Shown here: positions 10,393-20,457 of the stretch, piece after piece | How the letters are laid out: each line of letters opens with the position of its first letter | Position numbering within the stretch: position 1 is the stretch's first letter | NCBI GenBank assembly: GCA_964361095.1 | Contig: CAYHZA010000002.1 | Coordinates: 49,594-113,593 of the forward strand | Source of the DNA: an uncultured Candidatus Saccharibacteria bacterium | GTDB lineage: Bacteria; Patescibacteriota; Minisyncoccia; UBA6257; 2-01-FULL-56-20 | Length of the DNA stretch: 64,000 nt | Direction of reading: 5' to 3' | The notes under the pieces: model-generated | Told to the model about the DNA's origin: nothing | The model's input: only the letters and a program-made list of their open reading frames with translations | Databases searched by the model: none | Position numbers and translations under genes: made by a program

Positions 10393-10441
10393 CGATCTTA
10401 ATATGGAAAAGGTAAGGGACGCCTCGGCGGTTTCTGGCCAG

Positions 10442-10471
10442 CCCCGTTAGATATAGAATTATCTAACGGGG
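10442..10471. repeat. perfect 12-bp-stem palindrome in the tRNA/ftsH intergenic region
   Basis: ccccgttagata-tagaat-tatctaacgggg. Confidence 0.5.
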
Positions 10472-10503
10472 TGAAAGTCCAGGCGCACCCACTCAATTTT
10501 GCA

Positions 10504-10537
10504 CAAAAAATGCCCAAATAAATTGGGCATTTTTTTA
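10504..10537. terminator. bidirectional rho-independent terminator (ftsH on minus, tRNA on plus)
   Basis: AAAAAA-atgcccaa-ataaa-ttgggcat-TTTTTTT. Confidence 0.6.
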
Positions 10538-10566
10538 ACAGAGAGGCTACGATAAACTATTTTTTC

Positions 10567-12402
10567 CTATACCGCCATCGGTTTTATCTTAAAGGGCTTC
10601 AAGAGATTATAGAATTCGTCTTGTTCAAGCGTTTCTTTTTCCATAAGCGTCTTTGCTATTTTTTCGAGGGCGTTTTTGTTCACGCTGATAATCTTTTGCG
10701 CGGCTTTGTACGTGCGCTCAATGAAACTATGCACTTCGCTGTCGATTTCGGTCGCGACTTTTTCGGAGTAGTTTTTCTCCGTCGCGATTTCTCTGCCCAG
10801 AAATATCAGCTCCTCGGTTTTTCCGAAGGTCATGGGGCCCAATTTCTCGCTCATGCCGTATTTCGTAACGAGTCGTCGGGCGAGTTCTGAGGCTTCGCGC
10901 AGATCATTTGAGGCGCCGGTTGAAACATCGTTGAAAGTGAACTTTTCCGCGGCATATCCTCCCATCATGACGGCCATGTCATTTAAGAATTGATTTTTCG
11001 TTTTTAGGCGCTGTTCTTCAAGGGGAAGCTTCAAAGTATATCCGCCGGCCATTCCGCGGCTTATGATGGAGACTTTATGTACCGGGTCGGAATCTTTGAG
11101 CGATGCCGCGACAATCGCGTGGCCCGACTCGTGGTAGGCGGTGATCTCTTTCTCTCGCGTGGAAATGATGCGGCTTTTCCGCTCGGGTCCCAAGAGTACG
11201 CGCTCCACCGATTCCAAAAGGTCGTTTTCCGAAATCATTTTCGCCCCGCGTTTCGCGGCAAGGAGTGCCCCCTCGTTCATGAGATTCGCCAAGTCCGCGC
11301 CCGAAAATCCGGGTGTTCTCATTGATACTTTTTTGAAATCAATATTTTTTTCGATCGCTTTGCCGCGAGAGTGGATCTTGAGGATCGCTTCACGGTCGGC
11401 GAGATCGGGAAGGTCGAGCACGACGCGCCGATCAAAACGGCCCGGCCGAAGGAGCGCCGGATCGAGAATATCGGGGCGGTTCGTGGCGGCGAGGACTATC
11501 ACGCGCGTGTCGCGGTCGAAGCCGTCGAGTTCGACGAGGATCTGGTTCAAGGTTTGTTCGCGTTCATCGTTCCCTCCCCCGAGTCCTGCTCCCCGCTGGC
11601 GGCCCACCGCGTCAATTTCGTCCACGAATAGTATCGAGGGAGACGCTTTTTTCGCCGTGGCGAACGCGTCGCGTGTGCGAGCGGCGCCGACACCCACGAA
11701 CATTTCAACGAATTCGGACGCGGAGATGTGAAAAAAAGGAACATTGGCCTCTCCAGCGACGGCACGAGCAAGGAGCGTCTTCCCCGTTCCCGGCTGACCC
11801 ATAAGGAGCACGCCGCGCGGAATGCGCGCGCCAAGGTCGGTAAATTTCTTCGGGTTCTTCAAGAATTCCACGATTTCAATAAGATCATCCTTCGCTTCTT
11901 TGAGTCCCGCGACATCGCTAAACATGACTTTTTCTTTTCCGAGGTTCGAAAGACGGATGCTTGAGCGGCCGAAGTTAAACGCCTGATTGACGCCCGTTTT
12001 TGCCTGGCGCATCATAAGCCACAAAATAAAGCCGATAATAATAAGCGGAAGAAGTGTGGGAATCAAAATGCCTGCCCAAAATTGCCACCCCGACTGCTCT
12101 TCTATCGTCAAGGCCACCTTCTGGAGCGCCACGGAGTCAACGCCAAAGTTTTTAAGGGTTTCCGTAAGCCCCGCTTCCGCTTCTTTCTTCGAAACGGCTT
12201 TTACGCCATCGGCGAGCTTAATCTCGAGCGCGTCTCCGTTTATTTTGATTTCGGCTACCTGGCCGGCGTTGATCTGCTGGACGAGCTGATTGAGGGTAAA
12301 CACCTTTGGTGTTTCGCTGGTTTCAAGGAGAATCGAAAAGAAAAGCGAGATGAAGATTAAAGTCGCGATCGCCCACAGTACGTTTTTATAAAAGTGTGAC
12401 AT
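10567..12402 (-). CDS. ftsH: ATP-dependent zinc metalloprotease FtsH
   Basis: N-terminal TMs, AAA+ Walker A 'GQPGTGKT', SRH region, and zinc-binding 'HESGHAIV'. Confidence 0.9.
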   Translation of the reverse strand: MSHFYKNVLWAIATLIFISLFFSILLETSETPKVFTLNQLVQQINAGQVAEIKINGDALEIKLADGVKAVSKKEAEAGLTETLKNFGVDSVALQKVALTIEEQSGWQFWAGILIPTLLPLIIIGFILWLMMRQAKTGVNQAFNFGRSSIRLSNLGKEKVMFSDVAGLKEAKDDLIEIVEFLKNPKKFTDLGARIPRGVLLMGQPGTGKTLLARAVAGEANVPFFHISASEFVEMFVGVGAARTRDAFATAKKASPSILFVDEIDAVGRQRGAGLGGGNDEREQTLNQILVELDGFDRDTRVIVLAATNRPDILDPALLRPGRFDRRVVLDLPDLADREAILKIHSRGKAIEKNIDFKKVSMRTPGFSGADLANLMNEGALLAAKRGAKMISENDLLESVERVLLGPERKSRIISTREKEITAYHESGHAIVAASLKDSDPVHKVSIISRGMAGGYTLKLPLEEQRLKTKNQFLNDMAVMMGGYAAEKFTFNDVSTGASNDLREASELARRLVTKYGMSEKLGPMTFGKTEELIFLGREIATEKNYSEKVATEIDSEVHSFIERTYKAAQKIISVNKNALEKIAKTLMEKETLEQDEFYNLLKPFKIKPMAV

Positions 12403-12551
12403 AAATGTATTTAATTTTTCTTATATTCTAAAGGAAATTTTTTTATCGGTCAATATATATAGGTATGTACCGATGGTAATAGAGTTGCAAAATCCCCCAA
12501 GCCCGTGTAGATTTTCTAAGGAAAGCGGTGAGATTGAGCAGGAAGAAGCAT

Positions 12552-12627
12552 GGTGGGCGTAGCTCAATTGGTAGAGCTCCAGTTTGTGGCACTGGCGGTT
12601 GCGGGTTCAACTCCCGTCGCTCACCCA
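12552..12627 (+). tRNA. tRNA-His(GTG) with genome-encoded G-1
   Basis: G-GTGGGCG-TA-GCTC-AATTGGTA-GAGC-T-CCAGT-TTGTGGC-ACTGG-CGGTT-GCGGG-TTCAACT-CCCGT-CGCTCAC-C. Anticodon is GUG and the extra 5' G pairs with the discriminator C. Confidence 0.85.
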
Positions 12628-12667
12628 AAATACAAAGAACAGCGTATACGCTGTTCTTTGTATTTTG
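12626..12667 (+). terminator. rho-independent terminator after tRNA-His
   Basis: Perfect 19-bp stem caaaatacaaagaacagcg-tata-cgctgttctttgtattttg. Confidence 0.6.
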
Positions 12668-12799
12668 TCCTGAGCGTAGCGAGGGGCTACAATATGCATT
12701 GAAATGACGATGAACTATCTTAAATTTTCCACACTTACAAAAGAGAAAAAATGAAGATGCGGCAGGAACACGGTTGAGATTAGGGACAAATGTTTACAA

Positions 12800-13738
12800 A
12801 TGTTTACAAAATTTATCTCGCGTGGTAGATTAATAGTTATGAAAAAAGCATTACTTATTGGTTTTATTATTCTTATTTTGGGAGGAGGATATTCTATCGT
12901 AGTAGGTCTTCGTGGGTCAGATGATAAGAATGGAACTGCGCAAAAAATTGTGCCACAGAATACGTCTATTGATGAGAAATTATTCGCTCACTTCCTTATT
13001 GATGATGGTAAGTGCCGTGGGGTAAGAAATGATCTATATGCTATTGATGAGAAAGTGGTTGCTTGGATTGTTAACAAACCATGTCCGCCGGTTGTGTCCG
13101 AGGTAACACTTTGGGAAGGGAATCCATCTGCTGCTAATGGCCTACTTTGTACTTCTATTGCTACCAAACCAGATTTACCACAATGCCAAGATACACAATA
13201 CGAATCACTCTACGGCATTATTCGTGCAAACATCGACAAGAAAGATTTAGGGCTTGGTGCTTCTCATAGCATCAGGAAAATTACTTACAGCACCGAAGAG
13301 TTAGCTGTGGCGCGTGGGGATGTTAACCAACTATCATTTCGAGTGAGAGATTCAACGAGATTTTCTGATTTGGGTTCACTCAAGAGTGCCATTAATTTGT
13401 ACATATCAGAAGGCAACAAGCTCTCTGGATGCGGTTCGAGGACTCTCTATAAATCCAACATAGGGACTAAGGCATATGATGGAACTGGATGGCTACCGGT
13501 GAATTTGAAGAAAATCATATCAGGTTCTCCGTTCAATGAACTTCCTATCGATCCAGTGAATGATGCTAATTACTACTTTGTGTATGTTTGTAATTCCGCG
13601 ACGAACCAATATGAATTAAACGTGAACCTGCAGGGCGATCAATATGGGATGGGCGGGAGCCGCGATAAAGAATCAACCGATGGCGGAAATAACCCGGATG
13701 TATATGAATTGGGGACTGATTTAAGTCTTTTGCAATAG
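12800..13738 (+). CDS. hypothetical secreted/membrane-anchored Cys-containing protein
   Basis: 312 aa with N-terminal TM/signal 'KKALLIGFIILILGGGYSIVVGL'. No known domain. Lies directly downstream of tRNA-His. Confidence 0.5.
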   Translation: MFTKFISRGRLIVMKKALLIGFIILILGGGYSIVVGLRGSDDKNGTAQKIVPQNTSIDEKLFAHFLIDDGKCRGVRNDLYAIDEKVVAWIVNKPCPPVVSEVTLWEGNPSAANGLLCTSIATKPDLPQCQDTQYESLYGIIRANIDKKDLGLGASHSIRKITYSTEELAVARGDVNQLSFRVRDSTRFSDLGSLKSAINLYISEGNKLSGCGSRTLYKSNIGTKAYDGTGWLPVNLKKIISGSPFNELPIDPVNDANYYFVYVCNSATNQYELNVNLQGDQYGMGGSRDKESTDGGNNPDVYELGTDLSLLQ

Positions 13739-13905
13739 CAAAAAGAAGCTGCTTGTTCGAGTAGGAATCAGTTGCACCATTAGGCACCCCTGTTAAACAG
13801 TTTCTAATCCCATATGCCAGACGACCAAGGATAATTGACGCAAGATGCCAATTGTGCGACTCTTGCTATAGCTTTGACTAACCTCAATTCAATAAGGAGA
13901 GGAAG

Positions 13906-14229
13906 ATGGCAAAGAACGAAGACGATTTGCCTCCCTGCGACAGGAAGATTTTCAGGAAGGGGGAGCATATAGCGACCCTCGATGCCGAGCCGGAAGCTGC
14001 TGAGCGTTGGGTAAAAGCAATTGCCCAGAGAGCCAATGCGCGTGTGGATTGGCATTACTTCGGAGGACGCGCGTGCGTTAAGTTTTTGGGCAACGCGAAG
14101 TCTCGGAGTAGAGTCTTTCAGGCTATCGAAGAACTCGCCGATTTTCTCGATGGCCGCATACTTCGTAGCTTCGGGCCGAGCGATCCCCCGCCAAAAAGCT
14201 TCTTGCCCGTTTCTTCGTTCAATAAGTAG
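13906..14229 (+). CDS. hypothetical small protein (107 aa)
   Basis: Strong RBS 'aaggagaggaag' immediately upstream of the ATG and a terminator hairpin right after the stop. Preferred over the overlapping minus-strand ORF 13804..14253. Confidence 0.5.
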   Translation: MAKNEDDLPPCDRKIFRKGEHIATLDAEPEAAERWVKAIAQRANARVDWHYFGGRACVKFLGNAKSRSRVFQAIEELADFLDGRILRSFGPSDPPPKSFLPVSSFNK

Positions 14230-14258
14230 ACCGACTTGTCCGCGATGAGTCACATCTA

Positions 14259-14289
14259 GAACCCTTTGTTTAAAGGGTTCTTTTTTTTA
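14259..14289 (+). terminator. rho-independent terminator
   Basis: gaaccctttg-ttta-aagggttc followed by a T9 run. Confidence 0.6.
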
Positions 14290-14801
14290 CTTCAAGATTC
14301 GGTCAATCAAATTCTAATTCCATTCCATCGACTTTGCTCAGAGTAAAATGCCAGACAGTTTCCTAACTACCAATAATGAAGCCATTTCCTTCTTGAGAAG
14401 CTCTCGGAGGCAATTCGAGCTTGGTGTGCTTGGGCACTCGAATTGCCGAGAGGAAGCAGGCGCTTGCCGCTGGAGTAAGCGAACTGCGGTTTTCAAAAGA
14501 TAAAACCTAGAAGAAAGCCCGACGCTCCGCCTGCTCCGACCGAAGCGTCGGAGGTCGGGCTCCGACCCTGCCTTTGGAAGGCGTCGGAGTTATCCCCACC
14601 CCTCGTTTGACGCTTTCCTTCGGCACGCTACTATATAGGTATAGCTCTTTGTCATAATCCATAAGAAGAAAACATCAGTCGACCTAAAACGTCGGCACAC
14701 TCATCCACACAAGGGAAGGTTTCCTCGGAAACTCTTCCCTTTCGTATTTTTAATACCCTGTTTCCGAAGCCAATTTTATACATTGTGATATTCTTATACG
14801 C

Positions 14802-16439
14802 ATGGAACTTGCCGAAGAACTTAAGTCTTTTTTTACAGGGGATATTTTGCACGATGCCGAGACCATAAAAAAATACAGTCGCGACGCGAGTTTGTTCGAA
14901 ATCACGCCGGAGCTCGTTGTATTTCCCAAAGATGTCGCCGATCTAAAGAATCTCGTTCGTTTCGCCGCCGAGAAGAAGAAAGAAGGGAGGAAAATTTCGC
15001 TTACCGCGCGGTCTGCCGGCACGGACATGAGCGGCGGTTCTATCGGAGAATCGATCATCGTCGTATTTACAAAATACTTTACGCATACCGGCGAAGTAGA
15101 AGAGGGAACTCTTCGTTCCGAACCGGGCGTCTATTACCGTGATTTCGAAAAAATAACTTTGGAGAAGGGATATCTTTTCCCATCATACCCCGCGTCCAAA
15201 GAACTCTGCGCGATAGGGGGAATCGTAAACAATAACGCGGGCGGCGAGCGGTCGCTCGTGTACGGAAAAACCGAGGATTATATCGCTTCTATGAACGTGG
15301 TACTCGCGGATGGAAACGAATATACGTTGCGTGGCCTTTCTCGCGAAGAGCTTGACGAAAAATTGAGCGAGCCGGGATTTGAGGGAGAAGTATATCGCAA
15401 GATGTACAAGCTCTTGGAGGAAAATTATGACGTGGTAAAAGCGGCGAAGCCGAAGGTCTCCAAAAATTCGGCGGGGTTCAATGTGTGGGACGTGTGGGAC
15501 AAAAAAGAGTTCAATCTCGCGAAACTTTTCGTCGGTTCGCAGGGGACGCTTGGGCTGACGACCGAGGCGACCTTCCGACTCGTCAAAACAAAACCATATT
15601 CGGGAATGCTCGTCGTTTTTATGAAAGACCTTCGCCCACTCGTTGATCTCGTAAAAACAATCCTTCCTTTCGCGCCCACGAGCTTTGAATCTTTCGACGA
15701 TCACACGCTTCGTTTGGCGATGAGATTCCTTCCGGATTTTATTAAGCTTCTCGGATCAAAAAATATAATCTCCTTGGGATTGCAGTTTCTGCCGGAGTTC
15801 TGGCTCGTCTTAACGGAGGGAATGCCTAAGCTCGTTCTACTCGTTGAGTTTGAGGGCGATACGCAGGCGCAAGTGGATGAGAAGATAACGGCTCTGCGAA
15901 AACAGCTCAAAAATTTCCGCGTGAAGGTTCGGGTCGCGGGGACGAAAGAAGAGGCGAAGAAATATTGGGCTATCCGAAGGGAGAGTTTTAATCTTTTGCG
16001 CCATCGCGTCTTGAATAAACAGACCGCGCCGTTTATTGACGATGTAATCGTAGCACCGGAGAAGATGCCGGAATTTTTAACGGAGCTTTATAAAATTTTG
16101 GATCGCTATAAACTGCTCTACACTATTGCCGGACACGTGGGGAACGGCAATTTCCATATTATTCCCCTGATGTCGCTCGCGAAAGATGAGGACCGGCAAA
16201 AGATTCCTTTGGTTGCGGACGAAGTGTATGATCTCACCTTGAAGTACGGCGGATCCATTACCGCGGAGCATAATGACGGCTTGATTCGCGGGCCCTATTT
16301 GAAAAAAATGTACGGCGCGAAAGTATACGGAATTTTTAAAGAAATTAAGAGTATTTTTGATCCGGAAGACATCTTCAATCCCGGAAAGAAGATGGAGGCG
16401 GATTTGCAATACGCGCTCGCGCATATTAAGCGTTCATAG
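14802..16439 (+). CDS. FAD-binding oxidoreductase (GlcD/D-lactate dehydrogenase-like FAD-linked oxidase)
   Basis: 545 aa with an N-terminal FAD_binding_4-like region ('VVFPKDVADLKNLVRFAAE...SLTARSAGTDMSGGSIGE') and a C-terminal FAD-oxidase_C-like region. Confidence 0.75.
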   Translation: MELAEELKSFFTGDILHDAETIKKYSRDASLFEITPELVVFPKDVADLKNLVRFAAEKKKEGRKISLTARSAGTDMSGGSIGESIIVVFTKYFTHTGEVEEGTLRSEPGVYYRDFEKITLEKGYLFPSYPASKELCAIGGIVNNNAGGERSLVYGKTEDYIASMNVVLADGNEYTLRGLSREELDEKLSEPGFEGEVYRKMYKLLEENYDVVKAAKPKVSKNSAGFNVWDVWDKKEFNLAKLFVGSQGTLGLTTEATFRLVKTKPYSGMLVVFMKDLRPLVDLVKTILPFAPTSFESFDDHTLRLAMRFLPDFIKLLGSKNIISLGLQFLPEFWLVLTEGMPKLVLLVEFEGDTQAQVDEKITALRKQLKNFRVKVRVAGTKEEAKKYWAIRRESFNLLRHRVLNKQTAPFIDDVIVAPEKMPEFLTELYKILDRYKLLYTIAGHVGNGNFHIIPLMSLAKDEDRQKIPLVADEVYDLTLKYGGSITAEHNDGLIRGPYLKKMYGAKVYGIFKEIKSIFDPEDIFNPGKKMEADLQYALAHIKRS

Positions 16440-16456
16440 TTCACTGCTTTCAAAGA

Positions 16457-16485
16457 TTGACAAGGGCTAAAAATTCGGTTAAAAT
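16457..16485 (+). promoter_or_regulatory. near-consensus sigma70-type promoter (TTGACA-17 nt-TAAAAT)
   Basis: ttgaca at 16457-16462, a 17-nt spacer, and taaaat at 16480-16485. It sits in the 290-bp gap upstream of dcd. Confidence 0.4.
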
Positions 16486-16731
16486 GTTAATTCAGTCTGC
16501 TTTTTCGGCGTATCTTGAGCATCGTCTGCATCCTCCCGATGTCTCAAGGCAACCCTACTTCGAGAAAGCCGATAAAACTTGCGAAACGCCTTGTAGGGGC
16601 CTCCTCCTCTCGGCGTTTCGTAAGCCATTTCATGCAGGGGCCATTCGCTTGGTCCCTTTTTTATTTGAGTCCTTATTGTAAAAATAACTGCTTCGGTTTA
16701 TCCTCTTAAGAACAACCTTTTTACTTTTCCC

Positions 16732-17418
16732 ATGCTTCTTTCGCAAAACCAGATTTTGAAACACATGAAGAATGGAACGATCATTATCGATCCGTTCGAC
16801 GAGAGAAAATTGAAGACGGTAAGCTATGACATCACGCTCGGCGAGTGGTATTGGAAAGAACGGGCGCCCGGAGGCCGCGCGACAGTGCATAATGTGTACG
16901 ATGAAAAATCCACGGAGCTGATCTGGGAAGGACCGCTTAAGGCGCAATCAGTTGAAGCCGTTGAAGAACACCTCGGGAAGCAGTTCAAAAATATTCCTCC
17001 GGGTTCCAAGATAATCTTGCTTGAGCCGGGAGAAACGGTTTTGGGGCATACGGTTGAATTTATCGGCGGCAGGGATATCTGCGTCGCGAAAATGTACGCG
17101 CGTTCTTCGCTCGGCAGAAATTTTATCGAAGTGTGTAAAGACGCCGGATGGGGCGACGTCGGTTATTTTAACCGGTGGACGATGGAGATTACGAATAACT
17201 CCCGTTACTTTTCGATTCCGCTCGTGGTTGACCGCCGGATCGGACAGATGGTTTTTTACGAAGTGGCGCCGCTCGATAAAAAAAATGTTGACTACGTTGG
17301 TGAAGGAGGAAAATATCAAAGCTCGCAAGACGTGGAAGAGGTAAAGGCATCGTGGAAGCCCGAGATGATGATTCCCCGAATGCACTTGGATTGGGAGGTA
17401 AATACGCACAAGGCATAG
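16732..17418 (+). CDS. dcd: dCTP deaminase / dUTPase-superfamily protein
   Basis: N-terminus 'ILSQNQILKHMKNGTIIIDPFDERKLKTVSYDITLGEWY' resembles the Dcd 'ILSD.EI......G.I.I.P.......NSYDLRLG' pattern. Confidence 0.65.
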   Translation: MLLSQNQILKHMKNGTIIIDPFDERKLKTVSYDITLGEWYWKERAPGGRATVHNVYDEKSTELIWEGPLKAQSVEAVEEHLGKQFKNIPPGSKIILLEPGETVLGHTVEFIGGRDICVAKMYARSSLGRNFIEVCKDAGWGDVGYFNRWTMEITNNSRYFSIPLVVDRRIGQMVFYEVAPLDKKNVDYVGEGGKYQSSQDVEEVKASWKPEMMIPRMHLDWEVNTHKA

Positions 17419-17426
17419 CACTCCCG

Positions 17427-18647
17427 ATGCGCGATAAGGAAATCCAAAAACTTATTCACGGAGAGACGAAGCGTCAGAACGAAACACTGGATCTTATTCC
17501 GTCGGAAAATTTTGTCTCCGACGATGTCCTGCGCGCGCTCGGCTCTCCTCTTACGAACAAATATGCCGAAGGATATCCTTCGGCCCGCTATTACGGAGGG
17601 AACGAGTATATCGATAAGATAGAAAGTCTTTGCAAGGCTCGCGCTTTGAAACTTTTTGGTCTCAAAGAAGACGCGTGGCACGTAAACGTCCAGCCCTATT
17701 CAGGTTCTCCCGCAAATCTGGCAGTCTACGTGGCGCTGGTCCCCTTGGGCGAAAAGATTATGGGTCTTCAACTCGATATGGGTGGGCATTTAACGCACGG
17801 TCACAAGGTAAGTTTTACCGGAAAGGCGTGGCAGGCGGTGCCCTATGTGCTCGACAAGAAGACGGAACGGCTTGATTATGACGCGGTTTTACGCCTCGCG
17901 AAAAAAGAGAAGCCCAAGATTATCGTTGCGGGATACACCGCCTATCCTCGCGTCGTAGATTTTGCGAAGTTCCGAAAGATTGCCGATGCGGTGGGGGCGT
18001 ATTTGATGATTGATATGTCGCATATCGCAGGACTTATCGCCGGAGGCGCTTATCCCTCACCCTTCAAGTACGCGGATATCGTAACGACGACGGCGCATAA
18101 GACACTGCGCGGTCCGCGTTCGGCGCTTATCTTTTGTAAAAAAGAGTTTTCTCGCGCAATTGACCGCGCGATTTTCCCCGGACTTCAGGGCGGCCCGCAC
18201 GCGAATCAGATCGCGGCTGTCGCAGTCGCGCTTGGCGAAGCGCGTACGCCGGCTTTTAAAAAATACGCGAAACAAATCGTGCGGAACGCCAAAGCGCTCG
18301 CGGAGGCGCTCCGGAAAAATGGCTGGCGGATTGTTTCCGGCGGAACCGATTCGCACCTGCTTTTGGTGGATGTCGCCGCGCGCGGCATAGGCGGTAAAGA
18401 GGCGAGCGACAAACTCGAAGCGAGCGGCATTATCGTCAATAAAAATACGATTCCTTATGATCCGCGTCCGCCGATGGATCCGTCGGGTATTCGCTTGGGC
18501 ACGCCGGCACTCACTACCCGAGGGATGAAAGAAAAAGAAATGACTGTGGTTGCTCGAATGATTTCCGATGTATTACTTACGAATAAAAATATAAACCGTG
18601 AGGTGAAAAAACTGTGCCGCCGTTTTCCGCTATTGTATAAAATTTAG
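17427..18647 (+). CDS. glyA: serine hydroxymethyltransferase (start taken at the 'MRDKEIQKL' Met; upstream ATG at 17352 is unlikely)
   Basis: 'LIPSENFVSDDVLRALGSPLTNKYAEGYPSARYYGGNEYIDKIE' and the PLP-lysine context 'TTTAHKTLRGPR'. Confidence 0.9.
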   Translation: MRDKEIQKLIHGETKRQNETLDLIPSENFVSDDVLRALGSPLTNKYAEGYPSARYYGGNEYIDKIESLCKARALKLFGLKEDAWHVNVQPYSGSPANLAVYVALVPLGEKIMGLQLDMGGHLTHGHKVSFTGKAWQAVPYVLDKKTERLDYDAVLRLAKKEKPKIIVAGYTAYPRVVDFAKFRKIADAVGAYLMIDMSHIAGLIAGGAYPSPFKYADIVTTTAHKTLRGPRSALIFCKKEFSRAIDRAIFPGLQGGPHANQIAAVAVALGEARTPAFKKYAKQIVRNAKALAEALRKNGWRIVSGGTDSHLLLVDVAARGIGGKEASDKLEASGIIVNKNTIPYDPRPPMDPSGIRLGTPALTTRGMKEKEMTVVARMISDVLLTNKNINREVKKLCRRFPLLYKI

Positions 18648-18650
18648 AAA

Positions 18651-19466
18651 ATGATCATTGACGGGAAATTGATCGCCGATAAAATCGTCGGGGACTTAAA
18701 AGTTCGGCCACGCGTCGAGAAGTTCTTCGGCGCGGTTTTAGTAGGAGAGGATCCCGCCTCCGTTAATTTTTTGCGCCAAAAAGAAAAAGTCGCGAAGGAG
18801 CTCGGTATTGATTTTCGGCTTTATACATTGCCTGCGAGTATAACGACGGATGAGTTGCGCCGCGAGATTGGGCGTCTCGCCCAGCCGAAAAATTGCGGAG
18901 GGTTTATTGTTCAGCTTCCGCTTCCTGAGGCGTTGAATAAACACTATGTCTTAAATGCCATTCCGAAAGAAAAAGATATTGACGTATTGAGCGAAGCCGC
19001 GCTTGGTTCATTCTATTCCGGTCGGAACACTATCGTTCCTCCGTCGGTTGGGACCGTCAAGGAGATTTTAGGGATGCAGACGCGTGATCTTCGGGAACTC
19101 AAAGCAGTAATGGTGGGCGCGGGATTTTTAATCGGGAAGCCCGTCGGGTTCTGGCTTCAGAATCGCGTGGGAGAACTTACGGTCTTGGATAGTGAGGTGA
19201 AGGACCTTGAGGCGCGGCTCCGGGACGCCGATATCGTGATAAGCGGCGCCGGCCACCCCAAATTGTTTAGCGCGAAACATTTGAAGGAAGGAGCGACCGT
19301 CATCGACTTCGGATTTAACAAGATCAATGGGAAAATCGTGGGGGACTTTGACTCTGATGGCGCGGAGGAAAAGAATATTGCTTATACCAAAACACCCGGC
19401 GGTACCGGGCCGATTTTAGTCGCAGAATTGTTCAATAATTTTTATATACTCAATTCAAGATCCTGA
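18651..19466 (+). CDS. folD: bifunctional methylenetetrahydrofolate dehydrogenase/cyclohydrolase FolD
   Basis: 'IIDGKLIADKI...VLVGEDPASVNFLRQKEKVAKELGI' and the C-terminal NAD-binding 'VVGAGFLIGKPV'. Confidence 0.9.
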   Translation: MIIDGKLIADKIVGDLKVRPRVEKFFGAVLVGEDPASVNFLRQKEKVAKELGIDFRLYTLPASITTDELRREIGRLAQPKNCGGFIVQLPLPEALNKHYVLNAIPKEKDIDVLSEAALGSFYSGRNTIVPPSVGTVKEILGMQTRDLRELKAVMVGAGFLIGKPVGFWLQNRVGELTVLDSEVKDLEARLRDADIVISGAGHPKLFSAKHLKEGATVIDFGFNKINGKIVGDFDSDGAEEKNIAYTKTPGGTGPILVAELFNNFYILNSRS

Positions 19467-19569
19467 GCTATGCCGAAGGATGGCGAAACTTTTATCGCCT
19501 AAACGGCGTACGCTGAGCAAAGTCGAAATGTGGCGAAACTTTTTGAAAATTTCTATACGTTGAATTCAT

Positions 19570-19605
19570 AAAAAAATGCCCAGACGTCGATGTCTGGGCA
19601 TTAAA
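19570..19605. terminator. bidirectional terminator between folD and the minus-strand gene
   Basis: AAAAAAA-tgcccagacgtcgatgtctgggca hairpin. Confidence 0.55.
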
Positions 19606-19607
19606 AC

Positions 19608-20300
19608 TTAGAGTGGAATATCGTTCTCGGAGGAGATTGAAGCGTCCCCTCTCCTTACCACGAGAAGCTCTGTCTCGAGGCGTTTGTTCTCCTTTTTTTC
19701 GGCACCGATTTTTTCTTTCATTGATGAGAAAACCTGAGACCAGGTACCGCCACAGCATAGGCTACGATCGGCAACACGGAGCGCGTCCGGGAGCGGTAAG
19801 GTGACGCGGTCGCCGGAGTCATCGGTAAGCTGAACCCTCCATCTGCCGGAATCACTCCAATCTTTCCATGCAGCGGCCTTGATTTTTCTTCTGGTTCCTC
19901 GTGAGCAGAGGGCGGATTTACGGAACCAACCTCCCAAACGAATGATGAGATTTGTATCCACCAGCGAATAGATACCAGGGGCATCTTCCCTGTTTAAGTA
20001 GGGACCGTCTCGACAGACTTCATCGCTCTTGAGTTGGTAGCGGACGTAGTATCCGATCGCGTTCCGCCGCGCGTAGTGATAAATCCACCGGAAAGGATCG
20101 AGTCGGAAAGTGAGACCCCAGATGACGAGAAGACAGGTGAGCCACGTGAGGTATCCCCACCGCTCGGCGATACTGTATGTGAAGAACGTGAAGAGCGCGA
20201 ACCAGATGACCTTGAGTCCCCCATAATGAAGGGGCTCCTCTTCGAACACCAGGGACTTTTCGCTTTCTGGATCAATTCGCTTCAGCCCTGTAGTCTCCAT
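19608..20300 (-). CDS. hypothetical membrane protein
   Basis: 230 aa with two TM helices and coding composition. GC-rich relative to the window average. Confidence 0.45.
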   Translation of the reverse strand: METTGLKRIDPESEKSLVFEEEPLHYGGLKVIWFALFTFFTYSIAERWGYLTWLTCLLVIWGLTFRLDPFRWIYHYARRNAIGYYVRYQLKSDEVCRDGPYLNREDAPGIYSLVDTNLIIRLGGWFRKSALCSRGTRRKIKAAAWKDWSDSGRWRVQLTDDSGDRVTLPLPDALRVADRSLCCGGTWSQVFSSMKEKIGAEKKENKRLETELLVVRRGDASISSENDIPL

Positions 20301-20396
20301 AGCTCTTCTCCCTTAAGGGTAGGGTTTAGCGCTGGCACAGGTAAAAAATCTAAACGAGCTTTCTTTGGTATACACCACATAGGGGCATTGAGTCAA

Positions 20397-20428
20397 TAAA
20401 AAATGAGGCAGGACATGTTGTCCTGCCT
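20397..20428 (-). terminator. rho-independent terminator for gene 20458..21045
   Basis: On the minus strand: gaggcaggac-aaca-gtcctgcctc then TTTTTTATT. Confidence 0.55.
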
Positions 20429-20457
20429 CGGGTTTTATTGTTCGTGTTCAATCAAGT

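Noticed and set aside
10396-10500. Riboswitch or RNase P-like motif 'GGTGAAAGTCCAGGCGCACCC'
   Set aside because: Only a short resemblance to the RNase P 'GGAAAGTCCGGGCTCC' box. The region is a 3' intergenic spacer with a simple palindrome, and no further conserved RNase P elements are present.
11077-12360. Several 80-200-aa plus-strand ORFs inside ftsH
   Set aside because: Antisense to a clearly conserved FtsH gene, with Arg-rich low-complexity translations.
12443-12628. 61-aa minus-strand ORF
   Set aside because: Lies entirely on top of tRNA-His and its terminator, so it is spurious.
13804-14253. 149-aa minus-strand ORF overlapping the 107-aa plus-strand ORF
   Set aside because: The plus-strand ORF has a strong RBS and a terminator immediately after its stop. 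The minus-strand ORF has neither.
14397-14470. Possible SRP (4.5S) RNA because of 'AGGAAGCAGG'
   Set aside because: No GGAA-tetraloop helix 8 or the conserved symmetric loop arrangement. The similarity is limited to one short motif.
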